The notes under the pieces were generated by a model. It saw only the letters and a program-made list of their open reading frames with translations. It was not told the DNA's origin and made no database searches. This document shows, one piece after another, positions 59,736 to 64,000 of a stretch of 64,000 bases of DNA (position 1 is the stretch's first letter; every line of letters begins with the position of its first letter). Made by a program: the position numbers and the translations under genes. Source of the stretch: an uncultured Planctomycetia bacterium. Lineage in GTDB: Bacteria; Planctomycetota; Phycisphaerae; FEN-1346; JAACEH01. The stretch lies in the NCBI GenBank assembly GCA_903929765.1, contig CAIYVX010000082.1, positions 16,974 to 80,973 on the forward strand, in the 5' to 3' direction.

Positions 59736-61475
59736 TTCCTCACGGCTCGCCCACCGCGTCGCAATCCGCACCACGAACTCCGCCCCGCCCGTCGCCCGGT
59801 TCCGCGCCAGCAGCGTCCCGCCCTGCTTTTCCACCAGTTCCTTGCAAATCGCCAGGCCCAGCCCCGTCCCCTGCCCCGCCTCTTTGGTCGAGAAGAACGG
59901 CTCGAAAATATGGTCGAGCGCCTCGTGCGACAACCCCGGCCCGTCGTCCGCCACGGAGATATCCACCGCCCCGTCGATGCACACCGCCCGCACCTGCACC
60001 CGCCCGCCCTGGGGCTGCGCCTCGATCGCGTTCTTGATCAGGTTCGTAAACACCTGATACAGTGAACTTGACTCCATCTCCGGCACGTTGTCCGCAATTT
60101 CCAACTCCAGCGCCACGCCCCGTTCCTGGGCCTTGCCCGACAGCGACGTGATCGCGTCCTCCATCGCCGCCCGCAGCGTCCCGTCGCTCGAAGCCGCCAC
60201 CGTCGAACGCGAAAATTCCAGCAACTCGCTGATGATCCGCACCATCCGCATCAGCCCGCCGCGCGCCGACTCGACGTACCCCACCGCCCGCTGATCCGGC
60301 GTATCCTTCAGCACGCGCACCGCCAGCCCCAGATACCGCAGAATCCCGTCCAGCGGATTATTCAACTCATGTGCAACTTTTGCCGCCAGCTTCCCCACCG
60401 CCGCCAGCCGCTCGCTCGCCGCCAGCCGGTTCTCCATCGACACGTCGCGCGTCACGTCCTCGATCGTCATAATCCCGCCCACCGCCGCCTCGCGCTTGCC
60501 CACCAGCGGCGAAGCCGACAGCCGCAGCACCAGCGGCGCCGCGCCCGTTTTCCCCTGCCCCTGGCTCACCGCGTCAAACGTGCAGACCTGACCCAGCCGC
60601 ACCACGTCACGGAAGATCGCCTGGTAATCCCCGTACCGCGCCGCTATGTCCGTCCGCGCCAAACCATGCAGCACGTTCCGGTCGTCCGGAAAAATCCGTT
60701 CCGCCTCCCGGTTGCGGAAGACGACCGCGAACGACCGGTCGAAGACCACCACCCCCATCGGTATCGATTCAAATATGTTTTCGTTGAACGTCTTGACCTG
60801 GACCAGCTCCGCCGAGGCCCGCGCAAGCTCCTTCGTCGCCTCCACAATCCGCGACCGCAGATCGTAGCTGAAACATTTGAACTGCGTCGCGCTGTCCACC
60901 AGCGCCGCCGAAAAATTCGCCACCACCCCGAGCGCCGCCTGGTCCGCCGTCCCCAGCTTGCGACCGGGAATCGTCGAGGCCACCACCAGAATCCCCACCA
61001 GACGCTCCCCGGTCATCATCGGCACGGCCGCCAGCGCCGTCAGGTGCCCGAACGACAGCCCGAGGCTTTCCTCCGGATCCCCGAGGCACAGCCCCTCGTT
61101 CCGCTCGATCAGAACTTCCGTCACCGGCCGGCTCGCGAAAAAGTCCAGCGTCTGCAGCATGTGCCCCTCGCCCAACGTCGCCCCGGGCTTCAGGGCCTGC
61201 TCCGCATCGTCCCACAACGCCACCGCGCCGCACTGGCAATCCACGAGCGCCGCCGAACGCTGCAGCACCGTCTGCATGAGTTCCGCAGGCTCCGCCACCG
61301 CCGTCAGCTCCGCCCCCAGAGCCGCCAGCGCCGCCAGAATCCGGCCGTCAGGTTGCCCCCGCGAAACATCGGACGTTGTCTTTTTTCTCGCCAAAGCCAA
61401 ACCCCTCGTCAATACGGCTCTTCCGATTCGAAGTTCCTCAAAGATCCTCCGGCCCGCCATGTTGCCATTCCACAT
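59724..61475 (-). CDS. Cytoplasmic GAF-PAS sensor histidine kinase
   Basis: There are no TM segments. It has GAF and PAS-like regions, the HisKA H-box (AHELNNPL) and HATPase_c N/G1/G2 boxes (NLIKNAIEA, DDGPG, GTGLGL). It is adjacent to the NtrC-type regulator. Confidence 0.9.
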   Translation of the reverse strand: MWNGNMAGRRIFEELRIGRAVLTRGLALARKKTTSDVSRGQPDGRILAALAALGAELTAVAEPAELMQTVLQRSAALVDCQCGAVALWDDAEQALKPGATLGEGHMLQTLDFFASRPVTEVLIERNEGLCLGDPEESLGLSFGHLTALAAVPMMTGERLVGILVVASTIPGRKLGTADQAALGVVANFSAALVDSATQFKCFSYDLRSRIVEATKELARASAELVQVKTFNENIFESIPMGVVVFDRSFAVVFRNREAERIFPDDRNVLHGLARTDIAARYGDYQAIFRDVVRLGQVCTFDAVSQGQGKTGAAPLVLRLSASPLVGKREAAVGGIMTIEDVTRDVSMENRLAASERLAAVGKLAAKVAHELNNPLDGILRYLGLAVRVLKDTPDQRAVGYVESARGGLMRMVRIISELLEFSRSTVAASSDGTLRAAMEDAITSLSGKAQERGVALELEIADNVPEMESSSLYQVFTNLIKNAIEAQPQGGRVQVRAVCIDGAVDISVADDGPGLSHEALDHIFEPFFSTKEAGQGTGLGLAICKELVEKQGGTLLARNRATGGAEFVVRIATRWASREEKGN

Positions 61476-61564
61476 CGATTATGTCGGCAGGAAACAACCT
61501 CGGAATGATGCAAAAATACAACATTTTCCGCTGTTAGTCAAGTCGCCGCCCAGCTTTTCTTGCT

Positions 61565-61600
61565 TTTGAAGCCCCCTGCACTGCTGGGGGATGCTGTTGT
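61565..61600. repeat. Hairpin element family F, copy 2
   Basis: TTTGAAGCCCCCTGCACTGCTGGGGGATGCTGTTGT. Confidence 0.6.
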
Positions 61601-61611
61601 TGCCGCTTCAC

Positions 61612-61661
61612 CGTGGCACGGGCGTCCCGCCCGTGAGTCGCAGGGGCATCTTGCCCCTGTG
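61612..61661 (+). repeat. REP family A, copy 8
   Basis: CGTGGCACGGGCGTCCCGCCCGTGAGTCGCAGGGGCATCTTGCCCCTGTG. Confidence 0.7.
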
Positions 61662-61695
61662 CCGTTGCCGTTGTTTCACCGCCAATCCTTAACTG

Positions 61696-61731
61696 TGAGT
61701 GGCATGGTCCGGCGCAGACGGGCCATGAAAG
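61696..61731. repeat. Hairpin element family E, copy 2
   Basis: GTGAGTGGCATGGTCCGGCGCAGACGGGCCATGAAAGG. Confidence 0.6.
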
Positions 61732-61802
61732 GAGGTCGCCGAAAGTGGAACTGTTTCTGTTGTTTCTGTTGTTTTTGCCGTTCCTGAAGTCTGGCGTCAC
61801 TG

Positions 61803-61864
61803 TCCTCAACCGTCCTCAGAACGTCCTCAGAACGTTGACACGCCCCACCGCCCCCGCCTATACT
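61803..61864 (+). promoter_or_regulatory. Candidate purE promoter with three tandem 11-nt direct repeats
   Basis: GTCCTCAACCG / GTCCTCAGAACG / GTCCTCAGAACG (61803-61834) precede TTGACA (61835-61840), an 18-nt spacer and TATACT (61859-61864). The SD AAGGAG lies 7 nt before the purE ATG. Confidence 0.35.
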
Positions 61865-61905
61865 GTGCCGATTCTCAATCGGACCTTTTTGTAAGGAGCC
61901 AATCC

Positions 61906-62409
61906 ATGCCCCGCAGCGACAAACCCCAAGTCAGCATCGTCCTCGGCAGCGACAGCGACCTGCCCGCTATGCAGGAAGCCACCGAAATTCTCAACGACTT
62001 CGCCGTCGATTACGAGGTCCGCATCATCAGCGCCCACCGCTCGCCCGCCCTCGCCCACCAGTACGCCTGCACCCTCGAAGAGCGCGGCGTGGAAGTCGTC
62101 ATCGCCGCCGCCGGCGGCGCCGCCCATCTCGCCGGCGTCGTCGCCAGTTTCACCCCCCTGCCCGTCATCGGCGTCCCGATTGCCACCGCCCTGGCCGGCG
62201 GACTCGACTCGCTCCTCGCCATGGTTCAAATGCCCTCCGGCGTCCCCGTCGCCACCGTCGCCGCCGGCAAGAGCGGCCCGAAAAACGCCGCCCTCCTCGC
62301 CGTCCAGATTCTCGGCGTCAAACTCCCGGCCATGCGAAAAAAAATCAGCGACTACAAGGCGGCCCTGGCCCGCAAGATCGAAGACAAAGACAAACAGTTC
62401 CGAGGATAA
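61906..62409 (+). CDS. purE: N5-carboxyaminoimidazole ribonucleotide mutase
   Basis: VSIVLGSDSDLPAMQEA...RIISAHRSP...VIAAAGGAAHLAGVVA is canonical PurE. The product is 167 aa. Confidence 0.93.
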   Translation: MPRSDKPQVSIVLGSDSDLPAMQEATEILNDFAVDYEVRIISAHRSPALAHQYACTLEERGVEVVIAAAGGAAHLAGVVASFTPLPVIGVPIATALAGGLDSLLAMVQMPSGVPVATVAAGKSGPKNAALLAVQILGVKLPAMRKKISDYKAALARKIEDKDKQFRG

Positions 62410-62410
62410 C

Positions 62411-63460
<1,050 letters not shown>

Positions 63461-63475
63461 TGCCGTTGTTTTTTT

Positions 63476-63500
63476 GTAGGGACAGGGCTCTGCCCTGTCC
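63476..63500 (+). repeat. GTAG-type hairpin element family G, copy 2
   Basis: GTAGGGACAGGGCTCTGCCCTGTCC is followed by a related GTAGGGGCAGAGTTCATCTCTGCCCTGC at 63523-63550. Confidence 0.65.
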
Positions 63501-63565
63501 GGCAGTTGCTGTTGTTTCTTTCGTAGGGGCAGAGTTCATCTCTGCCCTGCTGTTTCTTTTTTTCC

Positions 63566-63611
63566 GGGTGCCACACTTTGAAGCCCCGGCCCTGCCGGGG
63601 CCAAAGTGTGT
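63566..63611 (+). repeat. REP family H, copy 4
   Basis: GGGTGCCACACTTTGAAGCCCCGGCCCTGCCGGGGCCAAAGTGTGT is near-identical to copy 1 at 34227-34273. Confidence 0.7.
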
Positions 63612-63690
63612 TCTTTGCTTCGCTCTACAATCCCCAATCGCCGCAACCCATCCTACTTCCGCCCGCCTCATTTTCTGCTTCTTTCGCTTT

Positions 63691-63742
63691 TACATTTTTA
63701 ATTTTTCATTTTTAATTTTTCATTTTGCATTTTTCATCTCCC
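63691..63742. repeat. AT-rich element J, copy 3
   Basis: TACATTTTTAATTTTTCATTTTTAATTTTTCATTTTGCATTTTTCATCTCCC encodes the last codons and stop of trpC. Confidence 0.5.
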
Positions 63743-64000
63743 GCACTTTCCCCGCCCGATCCTTCGCCCGCATCAGCGTCTCGCCCACCAGCACCGCCTG
63801 CGCCCCCACATTCAGCACGCGCCGCACTTCCGCCGCCCCCGCAATCCCGCTCTCGGCCACCAGCACCCGATCCCCCGGCACCCGCGCCGCCAGCCGCTCC
63901 GTCGTCGCCAGGTCCACCACGAACGTCCGCAAATCCCGGTTATTCACCCCCACCAGAGTCGCCCCCGAAGCCACCGCCCGCTCCAATGCCTCCGCCCCAT
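63720..64000 (-). CDS. trpC: Indole-3-glycerol-phosphate synthase, C-terminal part (5' end beyond the window)
   Basis: LVGVNNRDLRTFVVDLATTERLAARVPGDRVLVAESGIAGAAEVRRVLNVGAQAVLVGETLMRA matches the TrpC C-terminus. The ORF runs off the window edge. Confidence 0.8.
   Translation of the reverse strand, partial: GAEALERAVASGATLVGVNNRDLRTFVVDLATTERLAARVPGDRVLVAESGIAGAAEVRRVLNVGAQAVLVGETLMRAKDRAGKVREMKNAK

Overview
This is a high-GC (~65%) bacterial chromosomal segment; the high GC, SecE N-terminal extension and gene content make me guess Planctomycetota, but that is inference only. Positions 1-22,190 are one uninterrupted minus-strand translation/transcription supercluster: tRNA-Thr, tuf, rpmG, tRNA-Trp, secE, nusG, rplKAJL, rpoBC, rpsLG, fusA and the S10 operon through rpsQ. 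After it come: a 7-gene minus-strand sugar / amino-sugar catabolic operon (L-fucose/arabinose-isomerase-like, DUF2961/GH172-like, three dehydrogenases, an M20 deacylase, a class-III aminotransferase); a small cytochrome c, an HExxH protein and hflX; a glycogen/alpha-glucan cluster (debranching enzyme, GH57, archaeal-type glycogen synthase); hemB; a lysC / apgM-like / hom aspartate-pathway cluster; a low-GC islet with a HARE-HTH/Mrr_N-type protein; a pterin/C1-related group (queD-family, a hexulose-phosphate-synthase::RraA-like fusion, an MtrH/AcsE-like pterin-binding methyltransferase); valS; an NtrC-type regulator with a GAF-PAS histidine kinase; purE; mtnA; and a truncated trpC. Almost every intergenic gap downstream of 34 kb carries short palindromic repeats belonging to at least eight sequence families (REP/MITE-like). 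Two of these families flank two different intact REP-associated tyrosine transposases (RAYTs). One REP-RAYT-REP unit is intergenic in the glycogen cluster. The other, together with a further palindromic element, is embedded in frame inside the essential valS ORF without interrupting it. I consider that the most unusual feature of the window. Long antisense ORFs in the track (opposite fusA, rpoB, rpoC, tuf, lysC-hom) are GC artefacts.
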